DNA from: Candidatus Oxydemutator sp.
GTDB taxonomy: Bacteria; Pseudomonadota; Gammaproteobacteria; Poriferisulfidales; Oxydemutatoraceae
Direction: 5' to 3'
Assembly (NCBI GenBank): GCA_965203445.1
Contig: OZ241883.1
Location: 1,408,001 to 1,472,000, forward strand
Length of the DNA stretch: 64,000 bases
Position 1 is the first letter of the stretch; each line of letters begins with the position of its first letter. Positions 1 to 10,039 of the stretch are shown here, in pieces. A program made the translations under genes and the position numbers. The notes below the pieces were generated by a model. That model ran no database searches. It was not told the DNA's origin and saw only the letters and a program-made list of their open reading frames with translations.

Positions 1-264
1 CGCAACGCCAACGCCGACGAGATCGCGCGGCGCGGCGGCGAACTCTACGACAAAGTCGCGCGGTTTCTCGAGTCCTTCGGCAAGGTCGGCGAGCGCATCG
101 GCGCCGCGCGCGACGCATACGAGCAGGCCGAGAAGCGCCTGAAAAGCGGTCGCGGCAACCTCGTCCGCCAGACCGAAATGCTGCGTGATCTCGGCGCCAG
201 CCCGGGAAAATGTATTCCCGAAGGTTGGCAGGAAGAAGATTTAGAAAAAAAGAGTCTCGAGTGA
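1..264 (+). CDS. rmuC: DNA recombination protein RmuC, 3' end (partial)
   Basis: Frame 1 reads RNANADEIARRGGELYDKVARFLESFGKVG...RLKSGRGNLVRQTEMLRDLGA, a typical RmuC C-terminus; TGA at 262-264. Confidence 0.85.
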   Translation, partial: RNANADEIARRGGELYDKVARFLESFGKVGERIGAARDAYEQAEKRLKSGRGNLVRQTEMLRDLGASPGKCIPEGWQEEDLEKKSLE

Positions 265-1061
265 TGGATGAAAATCTTGTTAACAAAATGAAGATCACGT
301 TCAGGGGAAAGTTGCTACGTGTGTGGTGGTGGTTGCGTAAGAATCGCTATCGGTTCGGGTTTTTGTTTCGGAATGATTTGCACAAGCTGGCTGTGATCAA
401 TGGAACTGATAAGTTGTCGCTGGGCTATATCGATCATTACGCGTTGCACCTATCAAAATTCAAAAGGAAAAGATTCAATCTGCTGGAAATCGGCGTTGGA
501 GGTTACAAGGGTTCGTTGGCGGGTGGTGAGTCTCTGAGAATGTGGAAAACGTATTTCCCGCGCGCCAACGTATTTGGAATAGATATTTATGACAAGTCTC
601 GTCTCGAGGAGACGCGCATCAAAACTTTTCAGGGGCACCAGGCGGAGGAAAATTTTTTGGAGCGGGTGGTTGCTGAGACAGGGGGTATAGACGTCGTCAT
701 AGATGACGGCAGCCACGTCAGCGAGGATGTCATCCGGTCGTTTTGTTTTTTGTTTCCGAAGTTGAGCGACGGGGGCATATACGTTGTCGAGGATCTGCAA
801 ACGTCGTACTATCCTGACTATCCTGATCCTGGTGTTGACCTGAACGCCCGAAACGACGTGAAGACGTCTATGGGTTTTTTCAAGAGCCTGTTAGATGGCT
901 TCTACTATAAGGATTTTAAAGCCGTGCCGTCCGGCTACGAACCCAGTTACTTTGACAAGAAAATCGTGGCCATGCACTTCTATCATAATCTGCTATTTAT
1001 CTATAAGGGCGACAACGACCGAACCGTGTGGCATCTTTCCGGCGATGAACCCCCTGGGTGA
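264..1061 (+). CDS. Class I SAM-dependent O-methyltransferase (MycE/TylE-like catalytic domain)
   Basis: Motifs LLEIGVGGY..GGESLRMWK.YFP, VVIDDGSH, GGIYVVED; ATG at 264 overlaps the rmuC stop (TGATG). Confidence 0.7.
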   Translation: MDENLVNKMKITFRGKLLRVWWWLRKNRYRFGFLFRNDLHKLAVINGTDKLSLGYIDHYALHLSKFKRKRFNLLEIGVGGYKGSLAGGESLRMWKTYFPRANVFGIDIYDKSRLEETRIKTFQGHQAEENFLERVVAETGGIDVVIDDGSHVSEDVIRSFCFLFPKLSDGGIYVVEDLQTSYYPDYPDPGVDLNARNDVKTSMGFFKSLLDGFYYKDFKAVPSGYEPSYFDKKIVAMHFYHNLLFIYKGDNDRTVWHLSGDEPPG

Positions 1062-1080
1062 GTCCCTGGGAAAGATCCCG

Positions 1081-1767
1081 TCAACGGACGGGCGCCTGAT
1101 TCGGTGCGTGCGGTTTGGAATCGAGCCACGCGATCAGTTCGGTGACGTCGTCCAACACGGCTTCGGCGCCCCATTGCAAGACGTCTTCATGCTCCGGGCG
1201 GTAGCCATAGGAGACCGCCAGCATCGGCATGTTCGCGTTGCGTGCAGCCTCGACGTCGCGCCGGCTGTCGCCGACGTACACGCAATCGCGCGCACTGATG
1301 CCGAGTTGCCGGGCGGCGTGCAGCAACGGTTCCGGCGACGGTTTCTTGCGCGCGGTCGTATCGCCGTACACGAGGCAGTCGGCGTCGTCGAAGATCCCCA
1401 GGTGTCGAAGCAGCGGCTCGGCGAGGTGGCCGCTCTTGTTCGTCACGATTCCCCAGCGTGTGCCTTTTTGTCGCAGCGCCCACAGCGTTTGGCGCGCGCC
1501 CGGAAACAGGCGCGTTCGCTCGTGCAGGTGGTCCTTGTAGATTGCAAGAAAGCGTTTGATCAAGCGTTCGCTCTCGGTATCGCTTACGTCTTCGCCGAAG
1601 CCCGCGCCGACCATGCCGCGCGCGCCGAAGGAGGCGTGTCGACGCAGTTGTGCGAACGGCTTTTCGGGGCGATGTTCGGCTTTGAGGAGTTGGTTCAGCG
1701 CCGCGGCCAGATCGGGCGCGGTGTCGGCCAACGTGCCGTCGAGGTCGAACAGGACCGCGCGCGTCAC
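1081..1767 (-). CDS. gph: Phosphoglycolate phosphatase (HAD family)
   Basis: VLFDLDGTL, IVTNK, KPSPEP, YVGDSRRD; GTG start overlaps the ubiG stop. Confidence 0.85.
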   Translation of the reverse strand: MTRAVLFDLDGTLADTAPDLAAALNQLLKAEHRPEKPFAQLRRHASFGARGMVGAGFGEDVSDTESERLIKRFLAIYKDHLHERTRLFPGARQTLWALRQKGTRWGIVTNKSGHLAEPLLRHLGIFDDADCLVYGDTTARKKPSPEPLLHAARQLGISARDCVYVGDSRRDVEAARNANMPMLAVSYGYRPEHEDVLQWGAEAVLDDVTELIAWLDSKPHAPNQAPVR

Positions 1768-2471
1768 TGCTGTTTGCGGCAGTGCGCCAGGTAGTTGACA
1801 TCGACGTCGCAGGTAAGCGACGCGCGGCGCGCCAGCGGGTTGTAGCGCATACCGCGCAGGTCTTTGACCGCCAGGCCGCCGCCGCGCGCGAACGCCGCAA
1901 GTTCCGAGGGGCGCACCAGTTTGCGGTATTCGTGCGTTCCTCTGGGCAGCAGGCCGAGCGCGTATTCGGCGCCGACGATTGCCAGCAGCCACGATTTCGG
2001 ATTGCGGTTGATGGTCGAAAAGAACACGTCGCCGCCGGGTTTTGCGAGGCGCGCGCAGGCGCGTACCAGCGACGCCGGGTCGGGCACGTGTTCGAGCAGC
2101 TCCATGCAGGTGACGACGTCGTATCGTTCGGGTTGCTCGTCCGCCAGCCGTTCGGCGGCGGTGCGGCGATAGGCGACGTCAAGCCCCGATTCGCGCAGGT
2201 GCAGTTGCGCGACCTTGATCGCGGCTTGGCCGAGGTCTATGCCGGTCACGCGCGCGCCGCGTCGCGCCATCGCCTCGCTCAGCAGCCCGCCGCCGCAGCC
2301 GACGTCGACAACCTCCTTGGCGCGCAGCCGCGCGCGCGCGTCGACGTAGTCGAGACGCAGCGGGTTGACGTCGTGCAGCGTCTTGTATTCGCCGCCGGCG
2401 TCCCACCAGCGCGCCGCGTTGGCCTCGAACTTGTCGAGTTCCATCGGATCAACGTTCGCGTTCATTTTCAT
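1764..2471 (-). CDS. ubiG: Ubiquinone biosynthesis O-methyltransferase UbiG
   Basis: NVDPMELDKF, WWDAGGEYKTLH, VDVGCGGGLLSE, CMELLEHVPDP. Confidence 0.95.
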   Translation of the reverse strand: MKMNANVDPMELDKFEANAARWWDAGGEYKTLHDVNPLRLDYVDARARLRAKEVVDVGCGGGLLSEAMARRGARVTGIDLGQAAIKVAQLHLRESGLDVAYRRTAAERLADEQPERYDVVTCMELLEHVPDPASLVRACARLAKPGGDVFFSTINRNPKSWLLAIVGAEYALGLLPRGTHEYRKLVRPSELAAFARGGGLAVKDLRGMRYNPLARRASLTCDVDVNYLAHCRKQQ

Positions 2472-3850
2472 TCCACCCTCTCCCTGGGAGAGGGTTCAGT
2501 CTCTTCCTTACGGTGATTCGCCGCCAACCGCGCCGCAATTTTGCGCCGCCATTTCTCGGTTTCGGAGCACAGCGCTTGTTCGTCTATTGTAGTCAAAACC
2601 CGCTCGCGCAACACCCGCTGCCCGCCGATCCAGACGTCGCTGACTTCGCCGCGTCCGGCGGAGTACACCAGGTGGCCGATGACGTCGTGCAACGGGATCG
2701 CCTCGATGGTGGTGCATTCGACGGCGGTGAGATCGGCGGCCTTGCCTTTTTCTATCGAACCGGCGATTTTGCCTATGCCGAGCGCTTCGGCGCCGTTGAT
2801 CGTCGCCATGTCGAGCGCGCCGGCGGCGTCGAACGGGCGCGCGTCGTCCTGCGCCGCGCCGCTGACGGCGGCCAGCAGCGCGGCGCTTCTCATCTCGCCG
2901 AGCACGTCGAGATCGTCGTTGCTGGCCGAACCGTCGGTGCCGAGCGCGACGTTGACGCCGTGCGCCAGCAGCGAACGCACCGGGCAGATCCCCGACGCCA
3001 GCTTCATGTTCGATTCCGGGCAGTGCACGACGTGCGCGTTGCGCCGCGCGAGCAGTTCGATTTCCTCTTCGGTCAGCTGCGTCATGTGCACCGCGCGCAA
3101 CGCCGGTGTGATAAGCCCCAGCCGCTCGAGGCGTGCAATCGGGCGCGCGCCGTGTTTCTCGACGCCGTCGCGCACCTCGTCGGCGGTCTCGTGCAGGTGG
3201 ACGTGCACCGGCAGGTTGAGTTCGTCGCTGTAGGTGCGGATGCGCGTGAAGGTCTCGTCCGATACCGTGTACGGCGCGTGCGGCGCGAACATCAGGTGGA
3301 CGCGCCCGTCGTTTTTGTACTGGTCGTGGATTTCCAGCCCCTTGCGGATGTATTCGCCGGCGTCGGCGGCATAGGCGGTCTCGAACTCGAGCACGACCAG
3401 GCCGCAGCAGATGCGGACGCGCGCGCGGCAGGCGACGTCTATCGCGTCTTTTGGAAAGTAGTACATGTCGCTGAAACACGTGATGCCGCCGCGTATCATC
3501 TCGGCGATGGCAAGCTCCGCGCCGTCGCGCACGAATTGCGGCGTCAGCAGATCGCGTTCCAAAGGAAAGATACACTCGTGCAGCCAGCGCTGCATCGGCA
3601 GGCCGCCGCCGATGCCCTTGAGCAGGCTCATCGGCGTGTGGGTGTGGGCGTTGATCAGGCCCGGCAGCAGGATATGGGAGTCAAGGTGTATGCGCTCCTC
3701 GGCGTCGAACTTGTCGAGCGCCTCGTGCGTCGGCAGCACCGAGACGACGTGTCCCTTGTCCACCGCCACCGCGTGATCGTCCAGCACCGCGCCGCGCGGC
3801 CTGACCGGCACCACGTGGCGCGCGCTGATCAGGGTTTCGATTGCGCGCAT
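2468..3850 (-). CDS. mtaD: TRZ/ATZ-family amidohydrolase (methylthioadenosine/SAH deaminase-like)
   Basis: PGLINAHTH, APHAPYT, HVHLHET, GTDGSASND; position upstream of ubiG is conserved. Confidence 0.8.
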   Translation of the reverse strand: MRAIETLISARHVVPVRPRGAVLDDHAVAVDKGHVVSVLPTHEALDKFDAEERIHLDSHILLPGLINAHTHTPMSLLKGIGGGLPMQRWLHECIFPLERDLLTPQFVRDGAELAIAEMIRGGITCFSDMYYFPKDAIDVACRARVRICCGLVVLEFETAYAADAGEYIRKGLEIHDQYKNDGRVHLMFAPHAPYTVSDETFTRIRTYSDELNLPVHVHLHETADEVRDGVEKHGARPIARLERLGLITPALRAVHMTQLTEEEIELLARRNAHVVHCPESNMKLASGICPVRSLLAHGVNVALGTDGSASNDDLDVLGEMRSAALLAAVSGAAQDDARPFDAAGALDMATINGAEALGIGKIAGSIEKGKAADLTAVECTTIEAIPLHDVIGHLVYSAGRGEVSDVWIGGQRVLRERVLTTIDEQALCSETEKWRRKIAARLAANHRKEETEPSPRERVE

Positions 3851-4003
3851 CGCGGCACCGTGCTTGAAACTTCGGAGGGAAGCATGGAAGAATTATACTT
3901 GGGCCTCGGGTCGGATTTCGACGGCGGATAGATCGAAGTCTTGATCCGGCGTCAAAAAGGGCGCGCCGGGAAACGGCGCACTTCGACGGACTCTTGCGTT
4001 AAT

Positions 4004-4771
4004 ATGAGAAAGTGTCTGATTGTACTGTGTCTGCTGGCGACATCGGGGTCGCTTGCGACTGAGACACGCTCGTCCGACCCGCCGGCTTTCCGGGTCGTCG
4101 GCACCTTTCCTCATCGTCTCCACGCCTTCACACAGGGTCTTATCGTGCGCGGCGATGCATTGATCGAAAGCACCGGGCGCTACCGCCGCTCGTCGGTCGC
4201 AATTCTCGGCCTTGAGCAAGGCGAGGTGCGGCGCGAGCGGGCGCTGTCCGGCGATCTGTTCGGCGAAGGGCTGGCGTTGTTCGGCGGGCGCCTGTATCAG
4301 TTGACGTGGCGCGCCGGGCGGGTGTTGCTCTACGACGCCGACACGCTCGAACCCGCCGGCGCGATGTCCTACAGGGGCGAGGGCTGGGGGCTTACGCACG
4401 ACGGCAGTCACCTGATCATGAGCGACGGATCGGCGGTCTTGAGTTTTCGTGCGCCCGATGATTTCCGCGTCGTGCGTCGCGTGACCGTGACCGAGAACGG
4501 GCGCCCGCTCAAACGCCTGAACGAACTCGAGTGGGTCGAGGGCGACATCTACGCCAACGTCTATCTACAGGATCGGATCGTCGCAATCAATCCGCAAGAC
4601 GGCGTCGTGCGCGCCGCGCTCGATTTGTCCTCCCTCGCGCAGAAAGTCCGCGCCGAGGTGGACGCAGGCGTCCTCAACGGCATCGCCTGGGACGCCGCCA
4701 CGCGCCGCCTGTTCGTAACCGGCAAGAATTGGCCGGCGGTGTATCAGATCGAATGGCGCGTGGCGCGTTGA
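4004..4771 (+). CDS. Glutaminyl-peptide cyclotransferase (secreted)
   Basis: Signal-like N-terminus; AFTQGL, ESTG, FGEGL, EGWGLT, LNELE, VLNGIA, VTGKNWP. Confidence 0.9.
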   Translation: MRKCLIVLCLLATSGSLATETRSSDPPAFRVVGTFPHRLHAFTQGLIVRGDALIESTGRYRRSSVAILGLEQGEVRRERALSGDLFGEGLALFGGRLYQLTWRAGRVLLYDADTLEPAGAMSYRGEGWGLTHDGSHLIMSDGSAVLSFRAPDDFRVVRRVTVTENGRPLKRLNELEWVEGDIYANVYLQDRIVAINPQDGVVRAALDLSSLAQKVRAEVDAGVLNGIAWDAATRRLFVTGKNWPAVYQIEWRVAR

Positions 4772-4914
4772 GCTGCACGCGCACGGCTGCCGTTCGTCGG
4801 TTTCTTGATGAATATCGGCTTGTAGTAGGCTACAATCAACAAAGATCGTCGCTTGACCGTGTTTCGTGTTCGGTGAACCGCGACGGTTCCAATTCGCTAT
4901 TGGAGGAATAATCG

Positions 4915-6303
4915 TTGCCTTCCAGAAAGAAGCGTATCTTCGTTCCTCGCAAGACCCCGAGGTTGTTTGTCTCGGCGCGCTCCAGGACCCCCAAGACTTT
5001 CGGATTGGGCAGAAAATACCCGTTTCGCTACGAAGCGAAAATACACGCCGATGTTCCGCACGTGGTGAAGTTTTCGGGTGGGCGCTCGAGCGGCATGCTG
5101 CTGTTCGTTTTGCTTGAGTCCGGCTTGTTGCGGCGCGAGCGCGGTGACGTTGTGGTTTTTAACAACACTTCCGCAGAGCATCCGGAGACTTATCAATTTG
5201 CGGCTTTGTGCAAAAGTATCGTGGAGGAGCATTACGGAATCCCTTTCTTCTGGCTGGAGTTTCAGACCTATGAGGATGCGCGCAACGGGGAGTGGACGCG
5301 CCTGCCATCCTATCGCTTGGTGCAACCGAAGCCATGCTCCAAAAGGGTTCCGGATGGCTACTTCGGGAAAGGCGAGACCTTCGAGGAGATGCTTTCCTGG
5401 GCCGGGTTTGTCCCGAACCAGTTTCAGAGGACCTGCACCAAAAACCTCAAGTTGCGGGTGACGAGATTATTTCTTCGAGACTGGTTCGCCTGCAAAGATG
5501 GGATTGAACGCTTGGGCCATCACGGAGAGGAAAGCCGCCTGGATGATGAAACCATGTACGCGCGACACCGCAAGCACAACGGCGGTGTCCCGCGCAAAAT
5601 CCTTCTTGAGAAAAAGGCCTATCTACGCTCACGTCCCACCTATAGAGCCGAACAGCGTTTCGCAGATTTTTCGGCGGCGTTTGAACCTGTCCGGAGCCAA
5701 TATCTTCGAGAGAGAAGCTACGGCAACGGCGCGGTTTTCGGCGATGACGGCGTTGAATATGCCGCCTTTGTCGGACTTCGTCATGATGAGATGCACAGGG
5801 TCGCAAAAGTCCGCGCGCGCAACGCCAGGGGGGCCGAGTCCGACGGGTATGAGGGCGAACACGTTTATATGCCCTTGTCGGACATGGTGGTTACCAAAAA
5901 GAACGTTTCAGAGTTTTGGAATTGTCAGGATTGGAATCTTGGCCTGCCCGACGACGCCAATCTCTCGAACTGCGTCTATTGTTTTCTCAAGGGGGTGCGC
6001 GGTCTCCAGAACGTGCACGGCACAATGAACGGCAATGGATCGAACGGATCGAGCGTGAACGGCAACAAGTATAGAGGCACCCCGTGCGATATTGGGTGGT
6101 GGCGACGCATAGAAGAAACGTACGGTCGTGATCTGAAAGCAGAGGAACGCCCGATGAAAGAAGGCCGGGTCAAGGGCGATTTCATAGGCTTCTTCGGCGC
6201 CTCAAGCGGCTTTTCATACAAGCTTCTGGCGCAGAACGGCCACAAGCCCCAGAACCTGTCAGAGTTTTCCGATAGCGTCCTGCCGTGCGATTGCACGGAT
6301 TGA
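4915..6303 (+). CDS. PAPS-reductase-like / adenine nucleotide alpha-hydrolase (PP-loop) protein with Cys motifs
   Basis: VVKFSGGRSSGML PP-loop, FNNTSAEHPETY, RTCTKNLK, VGLRHDE, SNCVYCFLK, C-terminal PCDCTD; GGAGG precedes the TTG start. Confidence 0.7.
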   Translation: MPSRKKRIFVPRKTPRLFVSARSRTPKTFGLGRKYPFRYEAKIHADVPHVVKFSGGRSSGMLLFVLLESGLLRRERGDVVVFNNTSAEHPETYQFAALCKSIVEEHYGIPFFWLEFQTYEDARNGEWTRLPSYRLVQPKPCSKRVPDGYFGKGETFEEMLSWAGFVPNQFQRTCTKNLKLRVTRLFLRDWFACKDGIERLGHHGEESRLDDETMYARHRKHNGGVPRKILLEKKAYLRSRPTYRAEQRFADFSAAFEPVRSQYLRERSYGNGAVFGDDGVEYAAFVGLRHDEMHRVAKVRARNARGAESDGYEGEHVYMPLSDMVVTKKNVSEFWNCQDWNLGLPDDANLSNCVYCFLKGVRGLQNVHGTMNGNGSNGSSVNGNKYRGTPCDIGWWRRIEETYGRDLKAEERPMKEGRVKGDFIGFFGASSGFSYKLLAQNGHKPQNLSEFSDSVLPCDCTD

Positions 6304-6323
6304 ATAACTGACGGGTTGGAATT

Positions 6324-8078
6324 ATGCTGGATGAAGAGACTGAAGCTGTACAGATAAGGCAGAGAAGCCTCAAAGATTGGTTGATTGACGTACGCCGGGG
6401 TGTAGTTCGGCTGCCTCGCTTCCAAAGAGATGAGACATGGGGTCATACTCTTGTCGGCGATTTTATCGAAGCGGTACTACTAAAGCGTCCTCTCGGTTTT
6501 TTCCTCGTGTTGGCTGTGAATCCTGATAAGCAGCCGTTCGAGACGCGCCCAATCGCTGGAGCCGTCAATAACGGCGAGGATTGCCGGGAGCATTTGCTTG
6601 ACGGTCAACAACGCCTCATGGCGCTTTGGAGGTCTTTCAACGGCACTTATAAGGGTTATGTGTTCTATGCAAAATGGAATGAGGAGGGAGGCCTCTATAA
6701 TTTTGAACAAGTGGTTAGTGTTGCGAAGGGCAAGACTAATCTACAATGGATAGGAAAGCCCGAATCCGAGTTCATAAAGCATTGTATTCCGATTTCCTAT
6801 CTGGGGCCGGAGCAAATTGAACGAGCGCACGACTGGGTTCGTAAAGCGACCACAGATGAGGAGTCTAAGCGTTGCCTAACCAACCTTATTGGCAAAATAC
6901 ATTCGACGATTTTATCAACGCAGTTGCCATATCTCTGTATACCTCAGGAAACTGATCCTGATGATGCGATTGATATTTTTATCAAAGCAAATACTTCATC
7001 GGTGCGGCTTAATCCATTTGATATTGCAGTTGCCCAGTTCGAGGCTGCAACACCAGCCAAACGGCGGCATTCATCCCAGTCGTTACGGGATTTAGTAGAT
7101 ATGGCTAAAAACCGTATCCCTGAGGTGGCTAACCTTGAGGGTGAAGATAATCTTGGTGATTTGGCACTTAAGATAGCTTGTGTTAAGCAGAAAATGAAGC
7201 CGACATATGGAAATTACCGAAAGGTCATACCGGCTTTGGAACATAATTGGAACTCTATCCTCCGAGGCATGAAATGGACTGCACAAGCCCTCGGAGAAGA
7301 ACATATCTGGGATGCGCGCATCTTGCCGAGTACTGTTCCTCTTCGCGTATTGTCGGCACTGTCCCCATTTATTCCTAAAGAGGGAGATAAGCGTGGCAAG
7401 GCAAGACGGCTGGTGCGAAGTTATCTATGGAGATCTTTTGTGACTGACTGGTATGCCAAACAAGCGAATGACCGATTGTTGAGTGACTTCAGAGCGCTGA
7501 AAGAGGCTCTTGAGAATGAAACTTTCACTGTTCTTCCTGATCCGTCAGGACGTCCGGATACCGTATTCGATAGGCCACTTCCCGATGAGGAAGCGCTTTT
7601 TATGGAAGGTTGGCCGAAAAGGAAAGGGATTCTGAAACGGGCTATTCTGGCAGTATCGGTCATAGGGGGCGCTAGAGATATGGAAACCGATGGAAAAATT
7701 TCTGCTGACAATATCCAAAGCCGTCAGTATCATCACATTTTCCCCGACAGATTGCTGAAGGATCATGCAAAAGATGAAGAACCAAATTTGGCCCTGAATT
7801 GTATGTTGCTGGAGGCTTCAACAAATATCAGCTGGAGAGACGAGTGGCCCGGGGACTATCTCATGCAGCGCGTCGAGCAGTCTGGCCTCAAGGGATCGAA
7901 GGCTGAGAAGGCCATTAAGAGCAGGCTCGAATCTCATCACATTCCGAGTGACGTCATTATGAAAGCGAAGAAAAGCGCCAAAGCAGATTTGGCAAAGACT
8001 TATCAATCCTTTCTGCAAAAACGTGCAGAAATGGTCATGGCTGCCTTCCGAGGACTTTGTGCAGGGGAGGATCTGTAG
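6324..8078 (+). CDS. DUF262 (ParB-like) plus C-terminal HNH-like domain protein (GmrSD/SspE-like)
   Basis: LPRFQRDETW, LLDGQQRL, IFIKANT in the N-half; YHHIFP...LALN.....N in the C-half; AT-richer than the backbone. Confidence 0.8.
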   Translation: MLDEETEAVQIRQRSLKDWLIDVRRGVVRLPRFQRDETWGHTLVGDFIEAVLLKRPLGFFLVLAVNPDKQPFETRPIAGAVNNGEDCREHLLDGQQRLMALWRSFNGTYKGYVFYAKWNEEGGLYNFEQVVSVAKGKTNLQWIGKPESEFIKHCIPISYLGPEQIERAHDWVRKATTDEESKRCLTNLIGKIHSTILSTQLPYLCIPQETDPDDAIDIFIKANTSSVRLNPFDIAVAQFEAATPAKRRHSSQSLRDLVDMAKNRIPEVANLEGEDNLGDLALKIACVKQKMKPTYGNYRKVIPALEHNWNSILRGMKWTAQALGEEHIWDARILPSTVPLRVLSALSPFIPKEGDKRGKARRLVRSYLWRSFVTDWYAKQANDRLLSDFRALKEALENETFTVLPDPSGRPDTVFDRPLPDEEALFMEGWPKRKGILKRAILAVSVIGGARDMETDGKISADNIQSRQYHHIFPDRLLKDHAKDEEPNLALNCMLLEASTNISWRDEWPGDYLMQRVEQSGLKGSKAEKAIKSRLESHHIPSDVIMKAKKSAKADLAKTYQSFLQKRAEMVMAAFRGLCAGEDL

Positions 8079-8083
8079 TCACA

Positions 8084-10039
8084 ATGAGGAAAATGCCTGC
8101 TTTGCAATTCGGCCCCGGCGATCCGGCGGGTTTTACTTCTACCGGGCTTACGGGTTTTCAGGATTTGCGGCCGGAGGCCGTGGTGCGGGAATTGGTGCAA
8201 AACGCCACGGACGCCGCGGTCGAGGCTGGAGAGAAATCGGCTCGGGTCCGCTTCCGGCTGCATCCTCTGAAAACGGATGAAATTCCGGGAATCAAAGAAT
8301 ACCGGGCAGCCTTTGAACAGGCGGTTGAAAGTCAAAAAAAGTTGCGTGGTAAAGGAGGAGACCTGCCGTCTCAGGCTAAGGCGGTCGTGCGGGCCATCCA
8401 AACATGTCTCGACAAAGAAGAATGTGATGTTCTGTCAGTGTCCGACAATGGCATAGGACTCGACGGGCGGCGTATGGTGGCTCTTCTTGGTGACGGCATG
8501 AGCGTCAAGGCCAACGAGGCCCAAGCCACCGGTGCCTTCGGGAATGGCCACGTCGTGGCGATTCCGGCTTCCGATCTTCGCTATATCCTCTATGGAGGAG
8601 TGGTCGAGGGCGGCCGTAAAATAGGCAGTGGTCATGCCATTCTGGCTTCTCACCAGGGTGACGATGACGGGCGGCGGCTGAGCAAAGACGGTTATTTCGT
8701 GAAGGAATTGAGGGATGATTTATACGATCCGTACGTTTTCGCCGTGAATAATGAAATTCCCTCGCTGATAAATACCGAGCTGGAACGGATACATGAGGAA
8801 TGGTTGCACGGGAGCGTGATCGTTATTCCCGCGTTCAATCATTTCAGAGAAGATAGCGGATCATTCTGGGAACTGGTATCGAGCGCCGCGGCGACGAACT
8901 TTTTTGTCGCGATTGCACAGCAACGCCTCGCGGTTTCTTATGAGGAAGACGGTCTGTCTGAGGCCAAGGTATTAGACCATAATTCGCTGGCTGCCGTTCT
9001 CGAAACGCACAAGGAGAAAAAGAGAGGAAATTCCTTTTTGTCCGGAAGTCGCGCTTATGAAGCTTTTCAAACGCTGAAAAAGGGCCGCCGGATAGAATTG
9101 GAGACCCAGGCAGGCCTTGTCACATTGCTGCTGAGATGTTCTGCCGACGACGGCACTCGTGCCGATTTGTGTCGCAACGGCATGTGGATTACCAACGAGT
9201 TGCCAGTTTTCCGCAATCAATTCTCCGGTTGTCAGGCGTTCCACTGCCTGGTACTGCTCGACGCCGGCTGTGACTTGCACGACCTCGTGCGGGATGCGGA
9301 AGGCCCTCTGCACAATTCTTTGCCGCTGAAATATCTCGAACCTGCCGAAAGAAGAAAGAAGCTACGAAGGGTGTTCACTGAAATCAGAGAGCGCTTGAAA
9401 AAAGAAGTTCCCCGTATCGAAGCAGAACAGTTTCGACCCGACGACATATTTGTCGTGGGTACTCATGGTGTAGAGCAGGGAGGGATGAGACCTGCATATA
9501 CAGGAACCGCGACGCCTGTACGGAGTCCTCGCCCCAGCCAACACGGCACTGGTGACAATCCCAGGATAAGAGTTGGGGAAGGGAGGAGAATAACGCCCGA
9601 CGATACTGTGAGAAAGCGTCGGGGCGCGGGAAAGCCGCTGGCGTTTGAAGCATTGCCGGTTCCGACGGGGCCTCGTTCGTGCAGAGTGGAGATTATTCCG
9701 TCGGAGGATTGCGCCAATAGCGAGTTCAGAATCGCATTGGACGAAAATCTGGATGTTACCTGTGATGGTGCTGGTCGTGAGTCCTATATGGTGCTGTCAG
9801 ATGCGAAACTCGGCGGCGTGAGCGCCCCGGAAGAGCAGTTGATGTACGACGATGATCACAGGGTTCTCGGCTTGAAACTCGGCAATCTCACGGCCGGGCA
9901 GCGTTACGTCGTCGAGGCGGACTATGCAATTCCCGCCGACGTTTCGGTGCCGGACGATCAGCCCGTCGTCCTTCAGATCGAAGTGTTGCGTCACAGGCGT
10001 GTGGCGGGCGACGCCGGGCCGCAGGAGCCAGGCCAATGA
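8084..10039 (+). CDS. GHKL (HATPase/MORC-like) ATPase
   Basis: RELVQNATDA (N box), SDNGIGLDG (G1), GAFGNGH (G2). Confidence 0.7.
   Translation: MRKMPALQFGPGDPAGFTSTGLTGFQDLRPEAVVRELVQNATDAAVEAGEKSARVRFRLHPLKTDEIPGIKEYRAAFEQAVESQKKLRGKGGDLPSQAKAVVRAIQTCLDKEECDVLSVSDNGIGLDGRRMVALLGDGMSVKANEAQATGAFGNGHVVAIPASDLRYILYGGVVEGGRKIGSGHAILASHQGDDDGRRLSKDGYFVKELRDDLYDPYVFAVNNEIPSLINTELERIHEEWLHGSVIVIPAFNHFREDSGSFWELVSSAAATNFFVAIAQQRLAVSYEEDGLSEAKVLDHNSLAAVLETHKEKKRGNSFLSGSRAYEAFQTLKKGRRIELETQAGLVTLLLRCSADDGTRADLCRNGMWITNELPVFRNQFSGCQAFHCLVLLDAGCDLHDLVRDAEGPLHNSLPLKYLEPAERRKKLRRVFTEIRERLKKEVPRIEAEQFRPDDIFVVGTHGVEQGGMRPAYTGTATPVRSPRPSQHGTGDNPRIRVGEGRRITPDDTVRKRRGAGKPLAFEALPVPTGPRSCRVEIIPSEDCANSEFRIALDENLDVTCDGAGRESYMVLSDAKLGGVSAPEEQLMYDDDHRVLGLKLGNLTAGQRYVVEADYAIPADVSVPDDQPVVLQIEVLRHRRVAGDAGPQEPGQ

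Noticed and set aside
4915-6303. Housekeeping cysH for sulfate assimilation
   Set aside because: Much longer than CysH, lacks the ECGLH terminus and has no cys gene context
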